Assembly (NCBI GenBank): GCA_032718475.1
Contig: JAUCBJ010008945.1
Location: 1-53,242 of the forward strand
Length of the DNA: 53,242 bases
Origin: Nemertoderma westbladi
Lineage: Eukaryota; Animalia; Xenacoelomorpha
Reading direction: 5' to 3'
A model generated the notes under the pieces. It had not been told where the DNA came from and did no database searches. It saw only the letters and a program-made list of their open reading frames with translations. The position numbers and the translations under genes were made by a program. Positions 10,246 through 23,509 of the stretch are shown here, piece after piece (within the stretch, counting starts at the first letter, position 1; each line of letters opens with the position of its first letter).

Positions 10246-10505
10246 ATATCGTAGCTTAAGTGTCATAAGGCCCTAAGTTGAGTTTTGTCTGAAATTATTT
10301 TGTTATACAATTCTACACTTTGGCTCGAAACACAAAAATTGGCAAACGCATGTTCCAGAATTGATATGATTTTTACATGGTGAACTCTTGGCGCAAACCC
10401 ATGAAAAGTATATATAGATAATTTTAAAGCTTATTTCATTGCGAGTACTTTGAAAGGCAATCTGGGCTACATACCGAGGGCCTTATGACACTTAAGCTAA
10501 GATAT
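10246..10505. mobile_element. MITE-like element of about 260 bp
   Basis: Perfect 23-bp inverted repeat TAGCTTAAGTGTCATAAGGCCCT (10252-10274) / AGGGCCTTATGACACTTAAGCTA (10477-10499), extendable to 29 bp with one mismatch. Confidence 0.7.
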
Positions 10506-10682
10506 GTTAAAGAATTACAAGCATTGGATGACATCATGCGTCCATTCATGTAACGCGTCCGCATTACATGAACAATCATTACATGAAAAGACTGTAAGTC
10601 ACCCTTTCCAAAATTCACTTTTTCTGGACCTAAAAAATGCGTTCTATCTAATGGAATAGTAGAGAACACCGTATCTACTCTA

Positions 10683-10961
10683 CAGTAGTTCTCGATATAA
10701 AAAAGGCCGTAAGTCACAACATATGTATAGTGTTACAAATGAAAAAGACCGTAAGTGCGATACAAAAGACTAAGACAGTAACTACTTAAATTTATGCAAA
10801 AAAACGGTTTTTTGTCATTGCATAGATAATATGAAAATTCGCAGACGGTTTATTGAAATTTGTCTTTTGACATGCGGTTTTTTACTATTAGCAGAAAAGG
10901 CGCGAAATTCAAAATTGAAATTTTACCAAGTGACTTGCGGTGTTTTATCATCATATGGCTG
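10683..10961. mobile_element. Possible degenerate TA-flanked MITE
   Basis: TA-CAG...CTG-TA ends and imperfect inverted repeats (AAAAGGCCGTAAGTCAC / GTGACTTGCGGTGTTTT). Confidence 0.35.
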
Positions 10962-12235
10962 TATACTACGGAATTAGAGCAGAATTTAATGAGGATTTCA
11001 CATCTGAAAGCGGCTTAGCGAGATCTGTTCCTGTTGTATGCATTTCCATTATGATGGGAGAAAGCTTGTAATAACTGTTTAGTTGAATAATCAATGTACG
11101 CATTAAACTGTAGTAGTAAGTAATCTCCCCTCATTATTCTAATGTGGGGCGAGCGAACTAAAATTGTGATTGTAGCTTTGTATTGTTTCATTATTATTAC
11201 AGTTACAACTAGATATTTTATATTGAACGCAATTTCGGAAGTTAGTACATTTTCAATTTTAACTCTTTCACAATTGTATGTTGCAATATATTCCTATTTT
11301 GCCAGTTTATACAAAAATTTATTAAAGTTTATACAAATAGGAAAACACAAGTAGAGTAAACATTGGAAACAATAGATTCCTGCTTAGTTGTGTTTAGGTG
11401 GTTCGTTGCCTTGCTTTTGCGACCGAAACTACGGGTAAGGCTCAAAATCACAAAAAGTGGCCAAAAAAATTATTTTTTTTGTAAAAAAAAAAAGGTTTCC
11501 CAAAGTATGTAATATTATATATCACCAGAAAGCTCTAGATGCGCTGAATTCAATGGTGGTAATTTCCCCAATAGCCCCGACCTCCTGGTAACAAATAATT
11601 GAGAAAAACTGATGTCCATTCCTGTAACACTTGTCCCACAATGTAACGCCCGATATCAGCCAATCAGAGCCCTTGAATGGTGATTTCCGATGCCTGTAAC
11701 AATTTGTCCCACCATGTAACACCAGTTGTAATTACACTGAAATGTTAAATTAACCTAGATTTCGTCTCTGAGTGGGAGCTATGCAGCCATACCTGATCCC
11801 AGTAACACCTCCCAATAAAGCTTATTTGAAAATATAATCAATCATAATAAATATTTATGTTCCCCATTTCTGGAAAAATTATAAAATATTATAGTTTATC
11901 AAATAAACATAAAGAATTTTTTAAAACATTTTAACCACTTTAAGTACTTTAGTGACGATTTATATGAAAATTCACAAAGTATGACGAGTTTATTACCGAG
12001 TTTATAACTGTATATCAATATGGCTGAGCAGTTAGTCAAAACCTATAAATTGTTCATCTGTTTCATCTCCACCCTCCACAGAACCTCCTGTTAGTACTCC
12101 CCACTCCATCTTCTACACCCTCCACAGACCACAGATTCTCCTGTATTCCAAACGTTATTTTGTATAGCCGCCACGGATCTTCCCATACCCCCCACTCCTA
12201 CAAAACATGTAAATTGTTCATTATCACTTTCATCC

Positions 12236-14547
12236 CCACCCTCCACAGATCCACCTGTACCTTCCACTCCATCTTCCCCACCCTCCTCAGATCCTCCTGT
12301 ACGTCTCACCCTGTCTCCCACACCCTCCACAGATCCTCCTGTACTTCTCACCCTGTCTCCCACACCCTCCACAGATCCTCCTGTACTTCTCACCCTGTCT
12401 CCCACACCCTCCACAGATCCTACTGTACTTCTCACCCTGTCTCCCACACCCTCCACAGATCCACCTGTACCTTCCACTCCATCTTCCCCACCCTCCACAG
12501 ATCCTCCTGTACTTCTCACCCTGTCTCCCACACCCTCCACAGATCCTCCTGTACTTCTCACCCTGTCTCCCACACCCTCCACAGATCCACCTGTACCTTC
12601 CACTCCATCTTCCCCACCCTCCACAGATCCTCCTGTACTTCTCACCCTGTCTCCCACACCCTCCACAGATCCTCCTGTACTTCTCACCCTGTCTCCCACA
12701 CCCTCCACAGATCCACCTCTACCTTCCACTCCATCTTCCCCACCCTCCACAGATCCTCCTGTACTTCTCACCCTGTCTCCCACACCCTCCACAGATCCTC
12801 CTGTACTTATCACCCTGTCTCCCACACCCTCCACAGATCCACCTGTACCTTCCACTCCATCTTCCCCACCCTCCACAGATCCTCCTGTACTTCTCACCCT
12901 GTCTCCCACACCCTGCACAGATCCTCCTGTACTTCTCACCCTGTCTCCCACACACTCCACAGATCCACCTGTACCTTCCACTCCATCTTCCCCACCCTCC
13001 ACAGATCCTCCTGTACTTCTCACCCTGTCTCCCACACCCTGCACAGATCCTCCTGTACTTCTCACCCTGTGTCCCACACCCTCCACAGATCCACCTATAC
13101 CTTCCACTCCATCTTCCCCACCCTCCACAGATCCTCCTGTACTTCTCACCCTGTCTCCCACACCCTCCACAGATCCTCATGTACTTCTTACCCTGTCTCC
13201 CACACCCTCCACAGATCCACCTGTACCTTCCACTCCATCTTCCCCACCCTCCACAGATCCTCCTGTACTTCTCACCCTGTCTCCCACACCCTGCACAGAT
13301 CCTCCTGTACTTCTCACCCTGTCTCCCACACCCTCCACAGATCCACCTATACCTTCCACTCCATCTTCCCCACCCTCCACAGATCCTCCTGTACTTCTCA
13401 CCCTGTCTCCCACACCCCCCACAGATCCTCATGTACTTCTCACCCTGTCTCCCACACCCTCCACAGATCCACCTATAACTTCCACTCCATCTTCCCCACC
13501 TTCCTCAGATCATCCTATATTTCTCACCCTGTCTCCCACACCCTCCACAGATCCTCCTGTACTTCTCACCCTGTCTCCCACACCCTCCACAGATCCTCAT
13601 GTACTTCTCACCCTGCCCCCCCCCCACACACCCTCCACAGATCTTCCTGTACTTCTCACCCTGTCTCCCACACCCTCCACAGATCCCCCTGTACTTCTCA
13701 CCCTGTCTCCCACACCCTCCACAGATCCTCCTGTACTTCTCACCCTGTCTCCCACACCCTCCACAGATCCACCTATCTATACCTTCTACTCCATCTTCCC
13801 CACCCTCCACAGATCCTCCTGTACTTCTCACCCTGTCTCCCACACCCTCCACAGATCCTCATGTACTTCTCACCCTGTCTCCCACACCCTCCACAGATCC
13901 ACCTATAACTTCCACTCCATCTTCCCCACCTTCCTCAGATCATCCTATATTTCTCACCCTGTCTCCCACACCCTCCACAGATCCTCCTGTACTTCTCACC
14001 CTGTCTCCCACACCCTGCACAGATCCTCCTGTACTTCTCACCCTGTCTCCCACACCCTCCACAGATCCACCTATACCTTCCACTCCATCTTCCCCACCCT
14101 CCACAGATCCTCCTGTACTTCTCACCCTGTCTCCCACACCCTCCACAGATCCTCATGTACTTCTCACCCTGTCTCCCACACCCTCCACAGATCCACCTAT
14201 AACTTCCACTCCACCTTCCTCAGATCATCCTATATTTCTCACCCTGTCTCCCACACCCTCCACAGATCCTCCTGTACTTCTCACCCTGTCTCCCACACCC
14301 TCCACAGATCCTCCTGTACTTCTCACCCTGCCCCCCCCCCACACACCCTCCACAGATCTTCCTGTACTTCTCACCCTGTCTCCCACACCCTCCACAGATC
14401 CTCCTGTACTTCTCACCCTGTCTCCGACACCCTCCACAGATCCTCCTGTACTTCTCACCCTGCCCCCCCCCCCCCCACACACCCTCCACAGATCTTCCTG
14501 TACTTCTCACCCTGTCTCCCACACCCTCCACAGATCCTCCTGTACTT
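12236..14547. repeat. 42-bp GC-rich minisatellite, about 55 units, two variants mostly in an AAB 126-bp higher-order pattern
   Basis: Unit A is CACACCCTCCACAGATCCTCCTGTACTTCTCACCCTGTCTCC. Unit B carries ACCTGTACCTTCCACTCCATCTTCCC. The array accounts for all overlapping ORFs at 12091-14729. Confidence 0.97.
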
Positions 14548-14753
14548 CCAAATTCGTCTTCCACATCCTTCACAGATTCTCTTGCATTCCAAAGATTATA
14601 CGCTCCACGGATCTTCCCATACCCCCGCTCTTTCAAAACCTGTAAATTGTTCATTATCACTTTCATCCCCACATTCCACAGATCATCCCATACTTCCCAC
14701 TCCGCCTCCATTCGTTTCTCCTCTCGCACCTCTACCTACTGCTCTCGCACTAA

Positions 14754-17040
14754 CTACTCCTCTCGATCCTCCAACTGCTCCCCTTGCACCTCTACCTTTT
14801 CCCCCCACACCTCCAACTGCCCCCCTTGCACCTCTATTTTTTCCCTCCCACCTCTAACTGCTCCCCTCACAACTCCAACTTCTGCCCGCCCACCTTTAAG
14901 ACATCCTCTTGCACTTATACTGCTATCCCCTGCCTCTCCACCTCCACCGATATCGCCCACTTCTTCCTTCCTTACATCATCAGCATCAAGCATTCCATCT
15001 GATTCATCGTCTTCAATAGTTTCAATGACATCTTCCACCTGTGACACATGGACTGCTACGCAATGCTCGATGCAGAGTAGTGGACACACTTTCTTACAAG
15101 AAATATTTTTATTATAGATAGCCCCACCCTGGTTATATAAAATCTCGTGGGCCTTTCCAATTCCCTGGATGGGGCCGATGTTACTTGGTATGGGATCCTT
15201 TACCAGTTCCACATCATTAGCCGAGTATGAAAATATCTTAGTTTTAATACGAGTTTTCAGCATGGCAATTATGTCATTGAAACTAGGGGTATCGTCATCA
15301 ATGTTCATGCCAATAATGTTTGACAATGTCCTCTTAATCGTTCCACCAACTCCATCCGCTGGGCCCTTCCCATGACCAGCCTCCAAATATATCCAACGGA
15401 TTTGTTTATTCTTAGCTTTAGCTACTTCATTAAATAGAAATACAATAGTCCTATTGCGATACTGTGATGTTGGGGAGTCAGTAATAATTGTAATCGTATG
15501 AATGTGGTTGGAAGACAATACATCATAAATAAATTCCTGGAGACTGGCAAAAACGGCTGCTGCTTTATGATCTGTGCATTTACTTATTGCTGCGTATGAT
15601 TGGCAGTCTGATCCCTTCTCTCCTTGCCACAAGGAATGGGTGAATCGATAAACTTTCCTGACAGTAATAGGCACTTTGTACCTCTGCTGGTCGGGGAATG
15701 AGGAAGTTCTCACTCCAGTCTGTATGGAGTATTACTGAAGTGTTGTCACGACGAGCCTTTGCATCTTTAATAGCACTGTATGCGATATAACACGCTGAAT
15801 ATGGTCTTTCAGGTAAGATAGCTCTTTGAGTAAAATAGGAATCAGATTACCAAGTTTAATATACATTGTTACCTTCATCCAGTTATGAGAACGATATTCC
15901 TTTTCTGGGTCCTGTTCTTGTACCCATGCTTGCACTGAAATTTCTAAATTTTCCAGTTTCAGAGTTATCAACCAGTTGGAGTTCTCCCTTAATGCTAGTT
16001 CATCAGCTGAAGCTGTGGATGGGGATAACTTAACGGAATAACTAATGATTTTATCAACCCCTCCACTAATAGGTGTGGATTCATACATTTGCTGCAAAGA
16101 CATGTGCCCCAGTCACTGGCAGAAGGTTGTATCACGTCTAGATGGCCAATACTTACAAAATATTGCATAAGAACAACTCCTCTTTTCAACTGTTTCAAAC
16201 TGAATATGAAGGATTCTAATGTACTCAATGCGGTATCGTAATGGTATTTCGGATTTCATAGACCCCAGCTGACATGCAACATGCTTCTTACGTTTATCCG
16301 GGCATTCTTTTGATATTGAATCTCTTCTCTAGCAAATCGAATAACTGCAAATCATTGTCATCACGAAATATCGGTTGTGATAAAGATGTATTTAATCGGA
16401 GGCGGCAACCCAAAGACCGTAATTTAGACAGTAAGAACGGATTAGAATCTCTCGTCAGCTTTCTTTTAGTTCTCGGAGTTAACACTTTGCTAAGCGAAGA
16501 CGAAGACAAGGGTTTGCTTCCTTTGCATTTGTTAATCTTGAGGCTTTTACGTGAGAGCTTCTTCACTTGTGATTCTAAATAGTATATCTTCCATTTCAAC
16601 TCTACAATTTGCATGTTTTTTTGTTGCAGTGTGGCTCTTCTCCTCATGGTATACCTGACACTCCGTATCGACGACGACTGTGACTGAGTTCTACCAATTA
16701 AAATTTGTGTATTATCAATATTGGTTCCCGTAGTGGTCGTAGGAGTAACTGTTATGGGTTCTTTATTTTTCTTATCTTTCTGTGCTTTCCGATATTTTTG
16801 TTTTCTCAAACGTTCCTTCTCTTGAATTTCCTCCACCTTTTTTCTCGATATGATTGGTCGCCTTGTTGACATTCTCTGACGTCGTGCAGCTTCCTTCACT
16901 TTCTCAGTCTCCCGGAATAATGCATGCTCACCAGCATCCCGATGTCTCTGTCGGTGAAGCGCAACCCTATCCCTTGTCCGTTTCCGCTGTAATTCAAGCA
17001 CTTCCGAGGATGTCTTCTTCTTGACAGGTTGCACCATCAT
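14754..17040 (-). pseudogene. Frameshifted Sola2-type DDD transposase
   Basis: Across frames: basic N-terminus (16294-17040), GTCLCSKCMN, LKDHIQR, LHTDWSENF...EVQSAYY (about 15640-15730, translated by hand), IITDSPTSQYRN and WIYLEAGHGKGPADGVGGTIKR. These match Sola2 DFSEN / SDG..SQYKN / HGKGPCDG motifs. Confidence 0.8.
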
Positions 17041-17934
17041 ACATTTAGTATATGTTTACAAGTTGATTTACAAATATATTTCACCATTACTGCATTAAAT
17101 AAGCTGTATACTTTACAGTTACTGCCTGCCGTAGGCTGAAATATATTGTGTGTGGTGTACCAGTAATCTGGTTCGGGTAGTGTTTAGTGTACAGTAAATT
17201 CGAAGTTAATAAGAATAAGGTAATAATAATGATGAAATGAGCTCTGTGCATATTGATTGACCAAAGACGGTCCTAATGCATTTATTTGGTGACCGACCTG
17301 GTAAGAGCAGAGAAGATAGATCTAAGATGGAATGCATTCCATATCAGACAGATCAGTATTATTAGACCAATTTTTATTTACTAGCAATATCTTGATACCG
17401 GAACGGCAAGCTGATGTCAAATAAGTAATGAAATGTAGTCTCCATTCTATACCGTAGTCAGTATTCAGTACAAATTCACAGTTAATACTGCTGTTCTGTG
17501 TGCATGGCCTACAGCCTTATCAATATCATAAAGTCTGCACTACTAAAGTGTTACAGGTGAGACATGTCCCATTCTGTAGCCCAAAATTATTCGATTTACA
17601 TGTTATATGTGGGACGTTCAGCCCTGTAACGATTTTTTGTGTTACTAATTGACATAATCGACTCGCACGTATAAAACCAGCCATATCTCTGGTTGTGTTT
17701 AGTATTTTTTCGTAAAATCTGGAACATTCAACTTCTCGAAGATTTTCCTTTCAAATAAGAATTTAGTTTATAGAATCCCAATAAAAACCTTTTGGTGAAT
17801 TCAGTTGTCACCGTTTGGGAGAAGTAATTGTCAAAAATAGGGGTATTGTATCTATTGTTTTATTTAAATATGATATCAATAAAACAATTTGGAAGTTATT
17901 CCATTGCATTCCTCTATTATTTAGCGTTAAAATG

Positions 17935-19005
17935 CAGGGGCGGATTAAGGACATGGCGGCCCGGGTGCACTTTTCCACTGGTGCCCCCCCCCCCCCCCCC
18001 CCCCACCCCTGTTGTATCTTGATGTATTTTGATTTTCGAGTTACAAGGATTTACCTTACAATTTCTAACCAGTATACTTACTGTATATTACATCATGTAA
18101 ATTATATAAATTTTCACAGCTGTTCCTAAGCCAAAACAATGTAACTCGCATGAGATACATGGTTTACGCTTATAGTTACATGTAGTGTCATTATCACATG
18201 AGAGTTACATACATTCTACCCCATTTTTAACCCCTTTAGAGTTTAGATGCACTCTATTAAGTTCTACTGTACCACCAGATAGAGCTCGACGTAAGCTTTA
18301 AAATGATACCAATATCGTGTTACATGGGTTTCCCTTAGGACGGCAGTAACTGATTAATACGCACATAAACGCAAGCCATGAAAAACAATCTACTATAGTA
18401 TAATTCACTATAATATATTTATCAATTATTTATAATATATTTATATTTATCATTGTGATACCATTATTAGAGGGAAGCCCTATTATACGGTCACTGGGAT
18501 ATCCCAGCCGTCGAGTCAGACAACCAATAGAACCAACTCACCTTCAATATACTGTGTCTCCTTGTCTGTGCCACTAATGAACTGCATAAAAAAAACCCAT
18601 GTTAAATAAATACATGTTCTGGAATGAATATTTACGACATTTTGGCTGCCACTCCCGTTTGACTACTAAGGGCCCTCCTATTTTTGTTTCACTGGCATTC
18701 TTAACATTTTACAGTTGCAATACATGTTAGCATTGGATGGAAGCCCAGCCCGCCCATGGGGCTTTATCCCAATCCCCATCCGGCTACTCCAATTGCCACA
18801 CAACCAATAGAATCAACTCATGTGATTTAATAACAAAAATAGTTTGTAAGTGGCTTATTCCGTTAAAAATAATGTAATAAATGATGTATAAAATAATGTA
18901 TTTTATACATTATATTGCCAACAATTGCATACATTATATGCGGCCCCTTGGCGGCGGCGGCCCGGGTGCACCTGCACCCATTGCACCCCCCTTAATACGC
19001 CCGTG
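17935..19005. mobile_element. Non-autonomous hAT-type element of 1071 bp nested in the Sola2-like arm
   Basis: TIRs CAGGGGCGGATTAAGG / CCTTAATACGCCCGTG; perfect 8-bp TSD TTAAAATG at 17927-17934 and 19006-19013; subterminal GGCGGCCCGGGTGCAC at both ends. Confidence 0.9.
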
Positions 19006-21299
19006 TTAAAATGAGCTATAACTTGTTGAAATACACTCAGTAGATATCAAAATACATCCCCCACAATACAATTAACTTTTTTGGACAATTGAAAAACCTA
19101 CCATTTTTTAGTACTAAAATGTCTGTAAAATCTTTCAAAGTCGGAGTGGCGGTATGATTTTTTGTGCATCTGTTGGACCATAAAATTATCGTAAAAATAT
19201 ATATAGCTTTACTAGGTTCCAAAAAAATTTCATTCTAAAATTAAGTCGGACTTTTTGTGAGTGTGAGTGGCCAAACTGGCCCACGTATTTTCATGTGAGG
19301 GTAAATTATCGTCTTTTACGTATTTTTTATTTCATTCTATCATTACCTACTGTATGACAAAAATAATACAAATTTACTGTATATTGTACCGTATGGTACC
19401 TATTGTATTGTATATTTTATCTACTGTACCTACTGTAGTACTATCTATTCATCTATTATTATTATTATCATTATTAATATTATTATTCATCTATTCGTCC
19501 CCTATATGATTGATTTGTGTCAAATTACATTGCCTTTGGCAACATTATTTGATATACTGTAAATCGATCGATTAAGAAATGAATTAATTGTTTAATCGAC
19601 CAATTAATTAATTGTTTAATTAATTAATGACCTACTTAACACCAAGGTGCAAAGTGGGTCTAAATGTCGCCGAAAAGGGGTTCATCTTACTACTGTTAGT
19701 AATATAACCGTTACACTTATTACCTATTATTCTTTGGTATTGGTATGTGTAGAGTTGTGGGACCGGAGCGGTTTTTAACCGTCGTCATTACCGTGATATT
19801 ATATTCGGATTGTGCTATTATTATATTCTTGACATTACGAACAACTGCTACTAAAACTCAGTTATTCAAACGGCCTTAGAACTCAGACATTGCCAGCCTT
19901 TCAGCAGCCCACGGACGCGGCGACGCGTATAGCCCGAAAGCGAACACATCCGGTTGGGATTCCCTCGCCAACTCGTGAATCCCTTCACAGATCGGAAAAC
20001 TTTTCCGAATCTATCCCTTCGACTGACAGGACGGACAATTTACGGGTTTTATGAAAGGGCGGAGTACAGGGGATGGATAAAAATCCAGAGTTAGACTCAG
20101 ACAATGCCTGGACCGTATAGAGGGACCCTAAATTAGATGTTTTAAACTTTAAAAACAATAGCACCCCAGGTCCGTTTCCCGCAATTGTCCGTTAAAGTTG
20201 AAAACTAGCTCGGCTAATATTTATAGCAAAGGCACCGAAACATAGCATTTGGAGAGAGAAAGAGCGGATCTAACTTCGTATCAAATGGGGGTAAGCGATT
20301 TATTTATATTTTGGGTCGAAAATAAGGGCCAAACATTGTTCGTTTTTTTATTGAAATTTATCAAAAAAATTTAATTTAATTAAAAATTTCGCAATACTAA
20401 ATCCAATTCACCCAATTCTTCTTGAAACGTGTAAAATACCACCGGCACTGCATTCGTCTCGAATGGGGGTACAAAAAATATTATGTCCTATAAGTCCTAT
20501 AGGGGCCGGAAATAGATAATTGAATTTTATACAAAAACTGATTTATATTTCACTTTCTTTGAGAAAATCTGTACGCTAAACGGTCAATAATGCTACGCTG
20601 AATTCGGTTTTAACGTTGATTTTGGGTTCGATACGTTTTTAAATAAATTGGGGCCAAAAACGTAATTTCGTAATTCCAAACTCTCATTATTTAATATTAG
20701 AAAGTAGAAACATAATAACATTCCGTCAGCTTGTAACTTCTTACAGCCGCTTTACTTTGGGTTTATACTTTATAATTATTTTAACATATTTCCCACAAAT
20801 AAACAAATATTATTCCAGGTACCGGTGCGTTTTTCCCCATGTAGTTCGTTTTAACCCAGCAGACAAAAAAACACCGTCAAAATTTTTAAATCTATTTTTT
20901 GAACTAATTAATTTGTAGAGTTTCTGCTCAGGGTCTCTGAACTCCAACCAAAAGCAGATCTTTTGGGATAATAATCATTGAGAAAAATATTTATTCCATT
21001 CCCAAGTTCTTTATTAGTCTGATTAACTCGAGACATTAACACGAGAGTGTTAATGTAATATAATGGAAACGAAACATAGTTGTAATAAAAATAGAAAAAC
21101 GTAATGACATGAGTTGTTGTAGGCCTAATAATAATTATTTAAGTTAAAGGAAAAAGGGTCAAAGCCAAAGCCCTATATAAGTAATATGTACAACGTACAT
21201 GAAAACTTTATCAAATATATAATAAGTAAAGATAGTTGGGTGGGCCCCAGTATTACACGTACCCAGTCTGCATAGTTAAGAGTCGATAAATACAAATAA

Positions 21300-22412
21300 C
21301 TAATTCCGATTAGAGCTATGGCGTTTAATCTCCGCTTCTAGATATTCAATATATTTCGAACTCGGCGGCGGTGTGGATTCAACTTGTTGTTTAACCTCCA
21401 GTATCTTATCATTAACTTCCTGAGCTTTCTTCTTCATACTCGTCTGCCTACCCTTAAGCGATATATGTAGATTAGTTAGATCGGCTAAAGTCCTAACTTT
21501 GTACTCAGCCATCTCTTCTACATCTTCGGCATAAAGACGATTAACCATATCTAATCGGTCGGAGAACTCATTCACTTTCGATTTGACCAGACTCTTCTTA
21601 GCCAACACCGCATTCGTTTTCTCGTTCAGTTCAATTTGCTTGCATTGGTTTATAGAAACCAGACGTTCCCTCTCAACTTCCTTGTCAACTTCCTCGATAG
21701 CTACTTCCTTGTCTTTAACTTCGTGTTCCAACTCTTTGATGTTCTCTATCACACTATCCAACTGTTCTTTCGCCCTATTGATTGACTCTAATTGTTTCCT
21801 TGCCGAGTCCTCGAGGGATTGTCGGTAAGAAAGCAGGAAGGGTTTAACCTGGTTTTCGTAATCAACACTAATAATACCTTGGTAGGAGAGCTTCAAGGCC
21901 AAGTCGTTGCCGCGAGCGTTAATAGCGTCAACCGGGTACAATTCTAGTTCCCTTAACAACTTCAAGTAATCCAGAACAAATCCTTCGACCACTTCTAGTT
22001 TCTTGGTAATCATGAGTTCCCTTTCCGAGATCCGTCTCCTCAGACTCTCTGTGGTCTCCTCGAACTCGGCTCTTTGTCGTTCCAACTCGTGATTCTCCTG
22101 GTGCAACTGTTCTATCTCCATCTCGCTGAGTCCTTGCGCCTTAAACTTCTCCTCGAGTTGGTTGCGACTCACTATTAGCGCGTTGTACTCGTCGGTAAAC
22201 GCCTCCTCCCGCTGCCAGCATTGCTCATTCTTCTGCTGGAGTAACTCGATCTTCGCGAGAATTTCCGCGTGGATTTTGGAGACCTTGTCGACTTCCTGGA
22301 CCAGTTGGTTGGAGCGGGAGCGGATGTTGTCGCATCTAACAATCTCCGGGTCCGTGTCCGACCGGAGTTTATCTAGTTCGTCACTTAAGTCAGCGAACTG
22401 TTCATTCAACGT
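21300..22412 (-). CDS. NDC80: Kinetochore protein NDC80/HEC1, exon 2 (coiled-coil region)
   Basis: Long heptad coiled coil with a loop-like interruption (LELYPVDAINARGNDLAL). The acceptor TTTTTCAG ends at 22413 in phase 0 and is in frame with exon 1, giving 630 aa in total. Confidence 0.88.
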   Translation of the reverse strand, partial: TLNEQFADLSDELDKLRSDTDPEIVRCDNIRSRSNQLVQEVDKVSKIHAEILAKIELLQQKNEQCWQREEAFTDEYNALIVSRNQLEEKFKAQGLSEMEIEQLHQENHELERQRAEFEETTESLRRRISERELMITKKLEVVEGFVLDYLKLLRELELYPVDAINARGNDLALKLSYQGIISVDYENQVKPFLLSYRQSLEDSARKQLESINRAKEQLDSVIENIKELEHEVKDKEVAIEEVDKEVERERLVSINQCKQIELNEKTNAVLAKKSLVKSKVNEFSDRLDMVNRLYAEDVEEMAEYKVRTLADLTNLHISLKGRQTSMKKKAQEVNDKILEVKQQVESTPPPSSKYIEYLEAEIKRHSSNRN

Positions 22413-23117
22413 CTGAAAAAATATTTATTATAAATTACAATAACAGAACATTGGCAAGTTAATAAACAAAAGCTAAAAAATATTAAAGTGTTATTTACAT
22501 CTGCTTTCTGCACAGACCCACGTCACTCATCATAACTGCGATAAACTAAATCGTAAGATAATATCATCTAGGTAGATAGGGGGGGGGGGGGGTGGGGGGG
22601 GGGGGACTGGACGCAATAAAAATTCATCCCTCTCCAGGGATTCTCATTCGACGCAAATAACAGCTGATTACTCTCAAAAATAAAACTGTAACCTGTTCTA
22701 TTGTGTTTAGTTTATTGTTTTGGTTAAAATAACGTGCCACGGTAACCTGCTCCTTTCCCTAAATTGAGAATTTAACATTTAGGCGGGATATTAATTCGCC
22801 AAGATTTGATTTACGTCCAGTTTATCCCGCTGTCTTCATCTCGGACTACTACTGGACTAGGCCAACAAACCATACACACACACGCATTGCATAGCTCTCA
22901 GCTAAGCCAACTTGTGGGGCAATATTGGTTAAACATAATTTCCGTTAAACATAATGTGCTGTGTAAGAAATCATATCATATAGGCCTACATCATATATCA
23001 TGTGGCTGACCACGAGAAAATGGACATCATGCCGCAATATTCATTATCGTATTATTCCTAGATAATCGCGTTTAAAATTTACAAATGTTAAAGTTTACAG
23101 ATTATCTATTTATAGAT

Positions 23118-23397
23118 GTTCCACCTTGGTTTAGTGGTTGCCTTGAATTCACATCTCTCGTAGGTTCAGGGTTCGATCCTCACATGGGCCAGGGCAGTTT
23201 TCGTTTCGGCACGAATGCTTTAAAGGGACCAGCCACGGCGCATCACTGCCTTGCATCCTTAAGTGGTAGTAAATTGAGTACTGCAGTTTCCTCTGGGGAG
23301 TAAAGTTCTGGGGGAACCGCACTATAAATAAGTCGTCAGACTTGGTGCGTAATCCCTGGCCAAGCGGCCGAATAAAATTTACTTTTACATTACTTTA
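23118..23397 (+). mobile_element. tRNA-derived SINE in the NDC80 intron
   Basis: A box TGGTTTAGTGG (23127), B box GGTTCGATCC (23170), a central GCCTTGCATCCTT..GGTAGTAAATTGAGTAC resembling conserved metazoan SINE central domains, and a (TTTAC)n-like tail. Confidence 0.75.
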
Positions 23398-23509
23398 ATG
23401 TGTAAAACTATGCGGGAAATTCAAATAAGTTCTGATATTCAAGATAGCTAGGAATATAGGACTAATTACAGGAAGTAATATTTACAAATTTTCAAATTGT
23501 TGTTTCTAT

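Larger units (their letters stand above)
11433..19282 (-). mobile_element. Sola2-like DNA transposon, decayed; boundaries approximate
   Basis: Contains a disrupted Sola2-type transposase. Inverted repeat CTCAAAATCACAAAAAGT (11441-11458) / ACTTTTTGTGAGTGTGAG (19250-19267), 16/18 match, lies near GGG...CCC ends. Recurrent TGTAAC/TGTCCCA subterminal motifs occur in both arms. No clean TSD was seen. Confidence 0.55.

Noticed and set aside
12160-14645. Long His/Ser/Pro-rich plus-strand ORFs and Cys/Gly-rich minus-strand ORFs
   Set aside because: They are stop-free frames of a 42-bp tandem repeat with no independent gene signals.
20120-20940. Possible DNA-transposon remnant with weak AGGGACCCT / AGGGTCTCT ends
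   Set aside because: The inverted match is too short and there is no TSD, so boundaries cannot be supported.
23118-23190. Possible functional tRNA genes here and at 31306-31390
   Set aside because: A and B boxes are present but the acceptor and anticodon stems do not pair. Both continue into SINE-like bodies and tails.
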